A stretch of DNA of 64,000 nucleotides from Octopus sinensis (taxonomy: Eukaryota): positions 52,266,001-52,330,000 of the forward strand of contig NC_043008.1 of assembly GCF_006345805.1 (NCBI RefSeq), in the 5' to 3' direction. The notes below the pieces were generated by a model. It had not been told where the DNA came from and did no database searches. It saw only the letters and a program-made list of their open reading frames with translations. Position numbers and translations under genes: made by a program. Shown here piece by piece: positions 1-11,973 of the stretch (within the stretch, counting starts at the first letter, position 1; each line of letters starts with the position of its first letter).

Positions 1-285
1 GAGGGTATTCTTTTGGTTGCACGTCGCTGAACAGCTTCCAGACGATTGATGTCCTGGGCAAGATAGGGGTTCCAGACCGGTGATGCAAATTCCAGGTGAG
101 GTCTTACCATAGCTATATAAAGCCGCAGATAGATAGCCGGAGAGCGGCTCACAAAATATTTGGTGAGTGATGCCAAGACACCCTCAGCCTTCTTGACAAT
201 TTTAGCGATGTGTTTTGTCCAACGCAAATCACTGTCGACAATAACACCCAGGTCACGTTAACTTGAAGACTTTTTGAGACTAGTA
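1..285 (-). mobile_element. CR1/Jockey-type LINE fragment, C-terminal part of the RT
   Basis: Minus-strand translation RDLGVIVDSDLRWTKHI...LYIAMVRPHLEFASPVWNPYLAQDINRLEAVQRRATKRIP. Confidence 0.85.
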
Positions 286-357
286 TTAAAAGTGTTTAGT
301 GTTATAAATAAACATTTTTGACTTAATTGCTTTCCCTTATTAATATTTCAACATGAT

Positions 358-568
358 AAGGTGGTGAGCTGGCAGAATCATTAGCACATAGGGAAAATGC
401 TTAGCGGCATTTCGTTCATCTTTATGTTATGTGTTCAAATTCCACTGGAGTTGTCTTTACCTTTCATCCTTTCAGGGGTTGATAAAATAAGTACTGGGGT
501 CAATGAAATAGACTTAACTCCCTTCCCCAAAATGGGCTGGCCTTGTGCCAAAATTTGAAATCAATATT
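358..568 (+). mobile_element. tRNA-derived SINE with a Meta-type central domain
   Basis: Head ggtgagctggcagaatc...gttcaaattcc, then ctttacctttcatcctttcaggggttgataaaataagtac resembling the MetaSINE core. Reverse copies at 35270-35790. Confidence 0.7.
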
Positions 569-853
569 TCACCATGTTCACATAACACAACTTACATAAC
601 TAATGATATTTCTTTTGACTGTGAATAAAAACAGTTTTTAGGGTGATTGAGACTACAGAATTGAAAAAGTGCTTTGCTATTATCCATTTTAATAAAAAAC
701 AAAACTTTAGACCTAGCATAAAGTGAACACAGAAAAGTGATGTTGAGTGATTCATCCAAATCATCTACTTTCTAAAAAGAAGTTATTAATACATATCTGT
801 GTGTTTTACTGAATTATATATGTGCATACATGTCTGTAACATATCTCATTTAC

Positions 854-868
854 TCAAATCCAGAAACC
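854..868 (-). CDS. Possible terminal coding exon start (GFWI*) after an 88-nt intron
   Basis: Acceptor tatttgtttgcAG at 870-869; phase-0 reading gives GGT TTC TGG ATT TGA. The gene could instead continue outside the window. Confidence 0.3.
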   Translation of the reverse strand, partial: GFWI

Positions 869-956
869 CTGCAAACAAATACTACATTGAAGTCAAGTCA
901 ACCACTTATACTCCTTTGAAACTAAAAAAAAAAAATAAATAAAATAAATTACTCAC

Positions 957-1168
957 AATTGTGTCTAACCAAAAATTTCCATAGTCAAAACTCGATAACT
1001 CTATTGTTGAATTTGTATTCATTTCCTTTGGAAGGAAGAATGATGTATTTGATGTTCTAGAATTTGTTCTAAATTTTATATAGCGTGTCACATCAGGTTT
1101 TATTTGGAAAGACTTACGATAAAAGTAATTCATCTCACTGAATAAAACTGCAATGTTCCAATGTACCC
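957..1168 (-). CDS. Host gene coding exon (W-VHWNIAVLFSEMNYFYRKSFQIKPDV...SSFDYGNFWLDTI)
   Basis: Acceptor tttttctattaccttctAG and donor ATT|GTGAGT. 212 nt, phase 1 in (T+GG = Trp) and phase 0 out, inside ORF 906..1229. Confidence 0.78.
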
Positions 1169-1949
1169 CTAGAAGGTAATAGAAAAATCTTGACATTAAT
1201 GGCAACAAAATTTCTAAATTAATAAACATAAAAGAATAATTGTTATGTAAGGAGGGAAATTAAAAATGAAATTATTAGAATATGATTGGAAAACATTTCA
1301 CCATAGATTTATTACATTTCTTTTCATTTACAATTTATTTAGATTTGATGTCAAAAATTTTATAAACTTTGAAGAGAATTTGAAAAAGTGCTTTTTTGGA
1401 ACAGCAGATCTCAAAGCACACACACATAAAGTTATAAATAAGAGTATGTAAATGTTAGGTTGGAAATCCCTTTTGGATAAAAAAATAAGTGAAAGGCTGT
1501 CTTAGGACTCAATCTAATCTCCCCCGTAGACTTGACAGATGTTCTACCACTGGACCAAAGCAATCCTTCAAACTTTTATGTCCATTTTAGAAGCTTTATT
1601 CTTACCAATGAAAATCATATGTTGTTGATGTCATAATAATTTTTCTATAAACTTTTGAGAGAATGTGAATTAATTCTTATTTTCAGAATACCTCAAAGCC
1701 TTTGGCTAATTCTATCCAAAAAGGTTTTTCAATGCAATATTTACATGCTAAATTTCTGAACTGGATAGGAAAAATCTTGAGAAAATATTAAAAAGTTTAT
1801 TAAAAATATTAGGATTTCATTAAAAATCATGTTTGTTAGGAAGTATCTATATATATACACAGAAAATTATAAGTTCAAAAAGGTCATATTTTGGTGGTGT
1901 ATATATATACACAGAAGGAGATATATTTAGGAGTTTACAAAGAATTTGA

Positions 1950-2260
1950 GATGAACTGACCTGTTTCACCCTTTTATCGTTTTCAGAATGTACTAAGGAG
2001 GAAGATATTTTTCAAGCCCTGCCTGAGAATTTTGAAAAGGTTACGATTTCGTGGAATTCTTGTATTGGAATTTGCATGGATGGTGCCCCAAGTATGACAA
2101 GGAAAGTGAGAGGCTTGGCAGCAACCATCAGAAAGATAAATTCAAATATTATATCAATGCACTATTTTATACACAGAGAGGCATTAGTCTCCAAGACCCT
2201 TTGTGTTGATGAGGAAATGAGAGTTTGTTTATCTCAAATTAGTAAAACGGTGATTTAATT
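1950..2260 (+). mobile_element. hAT (Charlie/Buster-like) transposase fragment
   Basis: CIGICMDGAPSMTRKVRGLA...MHYFIHREALVSKTL matches the hAT DGA and CxxHxxxL motifs. Confidence 0.8.
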
Positions 2261-2390
2261 ATGAACATAGAAAGAAATTATACATTAATCCCTATTTTTG
2301 TACGCAGTTGTATCCGTAAAAAATTTTATTTGCCGAGAGCAGAAATTGAAAGAAGATATATGAAATGGATATGTTTGTGTGTGTGTATGT

Positions 2391-2433
<43 letters not shown>

Positions 2434-3166
2434 TGTAGGTGTATGTGTGTGTGTGTGTGCATATGTGTGTGTGCGTGTGTGCTTTCGCATGTGTATGTGA
2501 GAGAAAAAGAGGGTGAGAAAAATAGAGTGAGTGAGTGAAGGTGTGTATCGTGTTGACTGATGTCTTTTAAGGTACACACACATGCATAGAAAATGTGAGG
2601 TCATCATATAAAATTTTTACGATTGTTGATTAATGGAAAAGATTATGTTAAATTTTTGAAATGCAAATATGTGAATGAAAATTAAGTTCAGACCTCTACA
2701 TGGTAGGTAGACCTGGTTGAAATAGCAGACAAATCTCCCTCAAAACACCCTACTGTCTTAATCCGTCAATTCTGTCTATTATGTAATTTGAATGAGAAAC
2801 TGTAACTAAAGATTAAGATTATTTAGCTCACAAAGAGGTGAAAGAAGAGAGACAGTGTAGTGAAAGTTTTGGCTGACTGTCATGCTGCACTCCCCTTGTT
2901 GCTAGTGAAATGGTATATGCCGGCTGTGTGAGCAACTGGATGTTTTAATGGCTGAACAAACAGGGAAATTCCATTAGAAAAGGTTTTAATCGATTTTCTC
3001 GGTAAGTATGTGGGCAAGGAAAAAATTACAAACCACATTCCAATCTATGTACCTGTCTTCACATGTGTGCCATTTTCCACGTGAATCCACCCAGCCGTTT
3101 GGCTGTGAACCGCAAGACAAGAAAGAATACAATGATTAACCATGTCCAATTTATATTATAGAGATA

Positions 3167-4419
3167 TTTGGGTTGACAACTAAGTTTCTGCCATTTAAAA
3201 AAATTTTGGAATTTATTTTTTTAGAGAATTCTATTTTTGAATCATTTTGGAATCTATTTTGTTTTTTTCTAGTTAATTTTAGTTAATTTTTGTTTATTTT
3301 CAGATCATTAAAATGGAATGTCAAGTTAAGAAAAACAAGCATTTTCAACACCTCCTTCGTTTTGCTTTTAATCAAGGTTCTAAGGCCGCAAAAGCTGCTC
3401 GTGACATTTGTGTTGTGTATGGAGAAGGTGTCATAGCTTAAAGAACTGCTCGTGATAGGTATGCGAAGTTGAAAAATGGAAATTTTGACCTCAAAGATGC
3501 ACCTCATTCTGGCCATCCAGTTGAGTTTGATGAAGAGCGATTAAACCAACTTTTGCACGGAAATTCTTGTTAAACAACAAAGAAACTGGCAGAGAAAATG
3601 GAATGCTCCTACATTGCTATAGAGAAGCATCTTCACTCGATGGAAAGGTTCAGAAGTATGGAGCATGGGTTCCGCATGCAACAAAAATTAACAAGCCACA
3701 ATCTCCGTTAGTTTCTTGCTCGTCACCGCTCAACTTGTGGATGCAAGCAACAATTTCTTTACCGAATCATTACTGGCAACGAAAAACAGTGCCTGTACAT
3801 CAATATGAAGCAGTGTAAGGAATGGCTTAGCCCCGATAAACAAGCGACACTGTGTGTGAAACAAGATCTTCATCCACGTAAAATGATGTTGTGCGTATGG
3901 TGGTACTGGGAAGGGATTATCCATTACAAATTGCTTGAAAGGAACCAAACGCTCAACGCGGAACTCTATGTTCAACAGATGGAACAACTCAACACAGCTA
4001 TCCAAGAGAAAAGACCTAATCGGCAGCATGGAGTTCTTCTGCTGTACGACAACACCCGCCCTCATATTGCCAATATGACCAAGGAAGCCATTCAAATACA
4101 TGGCTGGGAAGTGCTGCACACCTGCTATACTCTCCTGATTTGGCACCAATGGATTTCCACCTCTTTTGATCCTTTTCAAATGCTATGCGTGGAGTTTCAT
4201 TCAATACTGATGCAGAATTAAGAGCTTGGTTGGATCAATTTTTCGAGTCGAAATCGGGTGATTTCTACCAATGAGGTATTGAAAATCTTGGTGAACGTTG
4301 GGAAGAAGTTGTAAACAACAAGGGTGAATACATTATTGATTAATTAGTTGTTATTTTTTATTAAGCCTTTTAAAAAATTTTAATTTAAAAAAACGGAGGG
4401 AACTTAGTTGCCAACCTAA
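3167..4419 (+). mobile_element. Full-length, decayed mariner DNA transposon
   Basis: TIRs tttgggttgacaactaagtt (3167) and aacttagttgccaacctaa (4419), each flanked by TA. Frameshifted transposase: MECQVKKNKHF...GAWVPH...KMMLCVWW...DNTRPH...YSPDLAP. Confidence 0.92.
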
Positions 4420-4449
4420 TATGTATATATATATATATATATATATTGA

Positions 4450-6522
4450 GATTGGAGGACCCTTTCAAAGCTAGTTGACCGTACCTTGGTAGATAAAGCA
4501 ATTAAGAGTATGAAGACAGGGAAAGCCCCCGGCCCATCAGGAATCACTGCAGAGATGCTCAAAATATCTGGCAGTGTCGGCTATAGCCTAGTCACCCGTA
4601 TAGTTAACCAGGTGATACACGAAGGAGTCATACCCAATGACTGGTGTAGCAGCACTATAGTCAACTGCTATAAAGGAAAAGATGACGCTTTAGATACAAA
4701 TAATTACAGAGGCATCAAGTTGTTAGATCAGGTAATGAAGGTCACGGAGAGGGTCATAGCCCAACTAATTAGGGAGAGAGTCAGCTTAGATGAGATGCAG
4801 TTTGTGTTTGTGCCAGGGAAAGGCACCACTGATGCTATATTTCTGGTAAGACAGCTTCAGGAGAAATACCTGGCCAAAGACAAACCTCTGTACCTGGCTT
4901 TTGTTGACATGGAGAAAGCCTTTGACAGGGTCCCTCAATCCCTTATCTGGTGGTCAATGAGGAAACTAAGGATGGATGAATGGTTAGTGAGAGCCATGCA
5001 AGCCATGTACAGGGACGCTGTCAGTAAGGTGAGGGTTGGCAACGAGTACAGTGAAGAATTCTGGGTGGAAGTAGGGGTACACCAAGGTTCAGTCCTTAGC
5101 CCTCTCCTATTTATCATAGTCTTCCAGGCAATAACAGAGGAATTCAAGACAAGATGACCCTGGGAGCTTCTCTATGCTGATGACCTTGCTCTAATTGCTG
5201 AGTCACTATCAGAACTAGAGAAGTTTCAGGTGTGGAAAGAAGGATTAGAATCGAAGGGCCTTAGAGTCAATCTAGCAAAAATCAAAGTCTTAATAGGAAA
5301 GCAACAAATCACAAATCCCACCAGGTAGATGGCCTGCCTGATCTGTAGAAAAAGTACAGGTAGAAACTCCATAAGATGCACCTGATGTAGCTATGGACAC
5401 ATAAGAGTTAACACAATATCAAATAAAGGTTAAGTGGGAAGACAGTTTTGTGTGTGGTAGATGCATAGGGGCAATAAACACCAAAGATGTACAGTAAACA
5501 GATTCTATCACATGCCAGGGGGAAAAATAGAAGTAGTTGATAGCTTCCATTACTTAGGTGCCCAAGGTAGTAGCAGAGGTGGATGCTCTGAGAGCATAGC
5601 TGCTAGAATAAGAATATGCTGGGAAAAGGTCAGAGAGCTCCTACCTCTGCTGGTAACAAAAGGCCGCTTGCTCAGAGTGAACGGTAGACTGTATGATGCA
5701 TGTGTGCAAACAGCCATGCTACATGGCAGTGAAACATGGGCTGTGACCACTGAGGACATGCACAAGCTTGCAAGAATTGAAGCCAGTAAGCTCTTCTGGA
5801 TGTGTAATGTCAGTGTGCATACATGACAAAGTGTAAGCGCCATGAGAGAAAAGTTAGACATAATAAGCATCAGATGCGGTGTGCAAGAGCAATGACTGTG
5901 CTGATATGGTTATATGTTAATTATGTGTGGGGACAGCTATGTGAAGAAGTGTCACACCATAACAGTGGAGAGAACCTGTGGCAGAAGTAGACCCAGAAAA
6001 ACCTGGGATGAGGTTGTGCAGCTCAACCATCAAACGTTGGGCTTTACAGAGGCAATGACATGTGACCAAGACCTTTGGAGATATGTTGTGCTTGAGAGAA
6101 CTTGGCAAGCCAAGTGAGATTGTAGCCATGGCTGATGCCAGTGTCACATAACTAGTGAGCCCATCTAAAAGTACCCTTCAATTGTTGGGCAGTATGCTGT
6201 GTTTGAGAAGACCAGTTGAGTCAAGTGAAATCATAGATGTGGCCAATGCCAGTGCTGCCTGAGTGACACCCATGCTATTGGCACGTAAAAAACATCAATC
6301 GAGTGTGGTAGATACTAGTGGCACCTGACTGGCTCCCATGCTAATGACATGTAAGAAGCACCCACTACACTCTTTGGCACTAGGGAGGGCATCCTGCTGT
6401 AGAAACCTTTCCAGATCAGATTGGAGCCTAATGGAGCCTCCTAGCTTACCAGTCCTAAGTCAAACCATCCAACCCATGCCAACATGGAAGACAAACATTA
6501 AACGATGATGATGATGATGGTG
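4450..6522 (+). mobile_element. RTE-clade LINE, 5'-truncated and decayed
   Basis: RT motifs KAPGPSGI, NYRGIKLL, FVDMEKAFDRV, GVHQGSVLSPLLF and LLYADD; C-terminal GRPRKTW; 3' UTR ending in (GAT)n. Confidence 0.92.
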
Positions 6523-6780
6523 ATATATGTATGTATATACGTATATATATATACACATATTATTTATATATATATGCATTATATATATATATATATATAT
6601 TATATTCAGTTAGTGGTAAAATTAGCCTCATTAAGGGATAGTAATATCAAATGAATTATTCACACAATGATAGGTCTAAATATAAATCATGGTTTATAGT
6701 CATTCAAAAGAAAATTACGAAAATGGAGATATAACATTTAATAAAATTAAAAATTTATTATCAGCGAAAATCCAATATAC

Positions 6781-6864
6781 TCTCTAACAACCATTTCAAT
6801 TAAGCCTAAAGATCAAAATAGCATTTATTAAATCATTATATTAGGCAAAATCTCATCAGAGAGA
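6781..6864 (-). ncRNA. Degenerate hammerhead-ribozyme-like motif in a PLE-like terminal repeat
   Basis: Reverse complement ucucu-CUGAUGA-gauu.uugccuaa...uuaggc.uuaauu-GAAAU-GGUU-GUU-agaga, with a 5-bp stem I. Confidence 0.5.
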
Positions 6865-6899
6865 TATAAAAGATATACTGTTAGGTTATTAGGTTTTGT

Positions 6900-7782
6900 G
6901 TTTTCGAATCATCACAGCTGCAATGCCAATAGATTTCAAAGTCTTACCTTGAGTTTTATTAATAGTCATTGAGAAGCAAAGTTGCACTGGGAACTGTGTT
7001 CATTTGAACTCAAATGGCATGTCTGTTGCTTTGATTGCAATTCTTGGAATGAAAACCTCTTCCCCAGTGGCACATCCGGTGATGATGGTAACTTCTATTA
7101 CATTAGGTGATAATGTCTTCACAATCAACCTTGTCCCATCACATAATTTAGGAGGATCTAAATTTCTTAGAAGCACTATTAGGACTCCTACCCTCAGAAG
7201 AAGTTTATGTGGAGGAATTTCAGGTGGTTCAAGAGCACTAAAGAACTCTGTTGGATAATGGACAGCTTGATTTTGATCAAGGACTGAATCAACTGATTTT
7301 TACTCCTTAATGACTGTTGGTTAATCCTTGCAACTGTTTCATTTTTGGAGCAAGAATTGTCCTTTCACATAAAATTTTATGTGAATTATAATTATTACTC
7401 AAGTCTGAAAATACCCTGTTCTTCAATTCAGCTGGAGAATTCATCATGATAACAATATGAGCCAAATTAATATCCCCATTCCCATCAAATTGTACTTTCT
7501 CACTTTCTAATTGGAAGAGCCAAGTTAAAAACTGTTCTGCACATTGGTCCTCATGTAATAAACTTCACATGTTAGTATTGAAGGAGAATTTCTGTACTTT
7601 ATTCCATAGGTGTGAAGACTTAATGCTTCTTTAATTTCATCAGATCTTGTTCCTCTCAGAATGACTGATAATGTCTGCTTGAAGTCGCCTGATAAAACTA
7701 ATGTCACTCCTCCCATAGATTTATTGTTGCCTCTTATGTCCTGTAAGGTCTTATCAAAAGCTTCCATTGCACCTCTATGTGC
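6900..7782 (-). mobile_element. Helitron Pif1-helicase fragment
   Basis: AFDKTLQDIRGNNKSMGGVTLVLSGDFKQTL; PPHKLLLRVG...LLRNLDPPKLCDGTRL; QFPVQLCFSMTINKTQG. Confidence 0.9.
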
Positions 7783-9690
7783 CAAAGGATGAAACAGTCA
7801 TCTAGATATCTCTTCCAGTTGTTTTCTATGTAGATGGAGAAAGGGCTGCCATATCTTTCTAGAACCTTACGATACAGACTGATATCTAGATGACTGTTTC
7901 ATCCTTTGGCATAAAAATATAGAAAAACTCATAGAATTCCAGAAAATTTTAAACGGACTGGACGTAAACATCCAATTCACGATGGAATATAGCCAGCAAC
8001 AACTCCCCTTCCTCGATATCCTCATTAAGAAAGCTAATAATATAATAGAAACAGACACATATACTATAAGCCTACAGACTCTAAGCAATATCTTCCATTC
8101 AATTCATGCCACCCCAGACACACCAGGATGAATACCCCTTCAATCTAGCAAAAAGGATATGCACTATAGTCTCTAACGCAAACACCAGAGACACACGACT
8201 ACAAGAACCAAAAGATACCCTTATCACCAGGAACTATCCACCTTCACTTATTGACAAGTGCATTCAACGTGCCCTTCAACTTAACATCAAGGAACTGAGA
8301 CATCCCAAATCAAAGAAAAACTTACAACCAAAAGCCTTACCATACATCTCCACACACAACCCTCTCAATAACGAAGCCTTCGACACCATCCTCCACAACA
8401 TCCCCCTCCTAAAAAAAGACCACAGAATGAACACAATCCTCCAAACACACACGATCATAAAAAGCAAAAGACAGCCTAGATCCATGAAAAGTCTCCTTAC
8501 ACAAGCCCGAATTCACTCTTCAACACAGAAGCCGACAGTAAAAAAATGTGGAAGACCCAATTGCGGGATATGCGACTATCTAATTGAGGGATCAGAGTTC
8601 TCCTTCAAACAGGGACAACGGTTTACAGTGAAAAGCAACTTCACATGTGCTTCGGAGAACCTAATATACTCACTAACCTGCTCCGGGTGTCAAGAGCAGT
8701 ACATAGGCCAAACAAAAAATGGTTTGCGTAAACGAATGGCCCTGCACAGATCCCAGATAAAAATTCCCCAAAACAGAAAAATAGCTTTTAGCCAACACAT
8801 AGATACTTGCGCCAACAAAAAAACACCAGGCTTCAGAATTTTCCCCCTCTACCAATTTAGGGACAATACAACCTCGAGACAACGAATAAGTAAAGAAAAT
8901 CTCTTTATTACAAAATACAAGTCACTTCTTAACGGGTCTACGACAAACAATTAATATACCTCAACTTTAGAATAAAAGAAATATATACACACACAAATAT
9001 TACACTCCATAGAATCCATTACTAATCAGCCCCATCACAGCTATACTTACATCCATTCATATTCTCCCTTCTCTGTTTTTCTTCTTCTTCTTCCTCTTCT
9101 TCTTCATCATCATCATTATCATCATCATTGTCGTCATCATCATCACCACCATCATCACCACCATCTTCTCCTCCCTTCTTCTTCTTCTTCTTCTTCATCA
9201 TCCTCATCATCAACATCGTTATCTTCTTCTTCTTCTTCTTCTCCACCTTCTACCCCTTAACCTTGTCACTAATGTCTTTCAGTATAACGCCTACGCAAAT
9301 TCCATAAACAATTCCTGAATTGAACTGCGACTACTGTCAGCCACTGACCATTCAAAATACGACCATTAAGGCATTCACAGATTTCCCCACCCCCTCTCCA
9401 CATCAGCCTCATTATTCTTCACCTATCCTACCAAGAACTCAAAACGACCTCGAACACACAAGTGCAAACAAGGGAGTCAGAGAAAGGCAGAATGCTACTT
9501 ATATCTGAACACTACGACAGAAATATTCTTTTAAAAAAACTTTTCTTCTAATTTTTCTAAATTTAATTATTTAATCGTTACAGTTGAAAAGGTCTCAAAA
9601 TGACCGAAACCGGTACTGAAAGATTCACTATAAAATTATCTTAGCATTTTCTATTTTTTTGACTTGTTTTTTCATATATATCAACTCGTG
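7779..9690 (+). mobile_element. Penelope-like element (C-terminal RT half plus GIY-YIG endonuclease), 5'-truncated, with a short inverted 5' segment
   Basis: YLDDCFILW...IQFTME...LPFLD; CGRPNCGIC...NLIYSLTCSGCQEQYIGQT...RMALH; (TTC)n/(TCA)n tract; terminal hammerhead. Confidence 0.9.
9578..9620 (+). ncRNA. Minimal type-I hammerhead ribozyme, U3-A8 core variant
   Basis: cag-UUGAAAA-GGUC(ucaaaau)GACC-GAAAC-CG-GUA-cug: stem I cag/cug, 4-bp stem II, palindromic ACCGGU stem III. Sits at the 3' end of a PLE. Confidence 0.7.
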
Positions 9691-9727
9691 TGTTCCTTCC
9701 ACCCCTTATACATATATATATACATAC

Positions 9728-9771
<44 letters not shown>

Positions 9772-9794
9772 CATATATACATGCATATATATAT

Positions 9795-9860
<66 letters not shown>

Positions 9861-10129
9861 CGAAACATGGAGTAGATAAAACAGGGACAACTGAAGAAGG
9901 GGAATATTCTGTATGCTGTATGTCTTGTTTCTCTGTTTTTGTTTCTGTTTTCGTTTCTCATTGTGTTCAACATTTTTTTGATGTCCTGCACCCATATATG
10001 CATGTATATATACATATATATGTATGTATGTACATATATATATGTATACATGCATATATTTATATATTATTTATATTATTATGTGATCGAATGCCATGCA
10101 TCCTTTTCCAAGTAAGTTTTATCTTATAT

Positions 10130-10450
10130 ATCATCATCATCATCATCATCATTTAGCGTCCGTTTTCCATGCTAGCATGGGTTGGACGGTTCTACTGGGG
10201 TCTGTGAAGCCAGAAGGCTTCATCAGGCCCAGTCAAATCTGGCAGTGTTTCTACGGCTGGATGCCCTTCCTAACGCCAACCACTCCATGAGTGTAGTGGG
10301 TGCTTTTTACGTGCCACCCGCACTGGTGCCAGACAGAGCTGGCAAACGGCCACGAACGGATGGTGCTTTTTATGTGCCACCGGCACGAGGGCCAGGCGAG
10401 GCTGGCAACGGACACGAAACGGGGCGGTGCTGGCAACGGTCGCGAAACGG
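10130..10450 (-). mobile_element. RTE LINE 3' UTR fragment with (GAT)n tail
   Basis: Reverse complement of the ccaacccatgctagcatggaaa-cggacg-(gat)n terminus shared with the long RTE copies. Confidence 0.85.
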
Positions 10451-10469
10451 AAATATATATATATATATA

Positions 10470-10843
10470 TATATTTCGGAATGGTCATATTGCCAGTTTA
10501 GTCAATAAAAACACCGCACTATATATTTGGTGTTATTTTGCTTCAGTGATATTTATTTTTTACATTAATCTTAATCTTATTTCGGCCAAAGTTCTTTCGT
10601 CACACTCCTGTGACCGCATCAGTGGTCCTTTGTTTTCTTCTCACTTATTTGTGTCTCTCCTTACTAAGTGAGAAGAAAACAAAGGACCACTGATGCGGTC
10701 ACAGGAGTGTGACGAAAGAACTTTGGCCGAAATAAGATTAAGATTAATGTAAAAAATAAATATCACTGAAGCAAAATAACACCAAATATATAGTGCCTGT
10801 GTTTTTATTGACTAAACTGGCAATATGACCATTCCGAAATATA
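10470..10843. repeat. Long near-perfect inverted repeat (about 178-bp arms, 17-nt spacer) of a PLE-terminal-like repeat; further copy at about 12420-12615
   Basis: 10470-10647 is the reverse complement of 10665-10843. The same unit recurs at 12437-12611. Confidence 0.9.
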
Positions 10844-10903
10844 ACAATATCTGTTTCAACACACGACTTCACATAAAAAATCTTGCACAACAAATATTTA
10901 AAC

Positions 10904-10946
<43 letters not shown>

Positions 10947-10947
<1 letters not shown>

Positions 10948-11795
10948 TAGCTGACGTACCTGGTAATTCCCGGGAAAGTGGGGCTTATCGTTTGGTTCTG
11001 TTCTCATAATTGTTTCACTAATCCAATAACAACAATACAAAGTATATAGCCCTTAAAACAGGTTTTGTGCATTTACAGAGAATACTGAACTCTCTTAGAC
11101 AGGATCTCGTTTTTAGGACTTCCCAATAAGTTATGAATACCTAAATTGTGAGGTCAGTTATGTAATGACATGAAATTAGTTAGCCGATAGTAAGAATTCA
11201 AATAAAGTAGCTCTGAAAAGTGCTTTAATGCATTCTCAGAGTATATATAACATAGGAGGAAATACTAATAAGTTATGTATACTGAAATCATGAAGCATGT
11301 TACATAATAACTGGCTAATCAGATATGAGATAATAACAATTCAAAGTAAATAACTCTGAAAAGGGCTTTTGTGTGTTCCCAGAGAATATTACCTTCAGGG
11401 ATGCTAGTGTTGGTATATTCATGAATAAGTCACTAACCAAAATAAGTGAATCTATTGTTTAGGAAAATACTATTTACTTGTTTAAAGGTAGTATTGGATA
11501 AATTGCGAAAACAACTTTAACATTTCAAATAATAAGAAATAAGCATACTCAATTTCATTTTTACCAAATAATTTAGGAAAATAAATGGGTTATTTCCCTT
11601 GGCTAGATATAAGGATCCCTTCCAGGGTCCCTATTATCAATTTTTTTAACAATTTGAGTATGCCATGAGGTTTCTAGGCATGAGTTCTACTCATATGTCA
11701 AGTGTCATCAAAATTGATAAAATGATGTAGGATGAGTTAGCTAACAACTCCACAAACACACCCACAGACAGAATTTCCCACATATGTAGTATATA
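10947..11795 (-). mobile_element. Non-autonomous Helitron-like element
   Basis: Plus-strand start a-ctag-ctgacgta-cctggtaattcccggg corresponds to a 3' hairpin plus CTAG|T on the minus strand. Other end cacagacagaattt...tatata. Confidence 0.5.
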
Positions 11796-11804
11796 CATAC
11801 ATAA

Positions 11805-11847
<43 letters not shown>

Positions 11848-11854
11848 TATAAAC

Positions 11855-11885
<31 letters not shown>

Positions 11886-11921
11886 ATATATCATATATAT
11901 ACATATATATATATATATTAT

Positions 11922-11973
<52 letters not shown>

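Noticed and set aside
2261-2607. Numerous HT-, CV- and YI-repeat ORFs (also 9664-10156, 14923-15480, 61399-61908, 63487-63787)
   Set aside because: Artefacts of (AC)n and (AT)n microsatellites lacking stop codons.
9022-9246. Poly-K/D/E ORFs here and at 29789-30142
   Set aside because: Translations of (TTC)n/(TCA)n microsatellites within the PLE 3' region.
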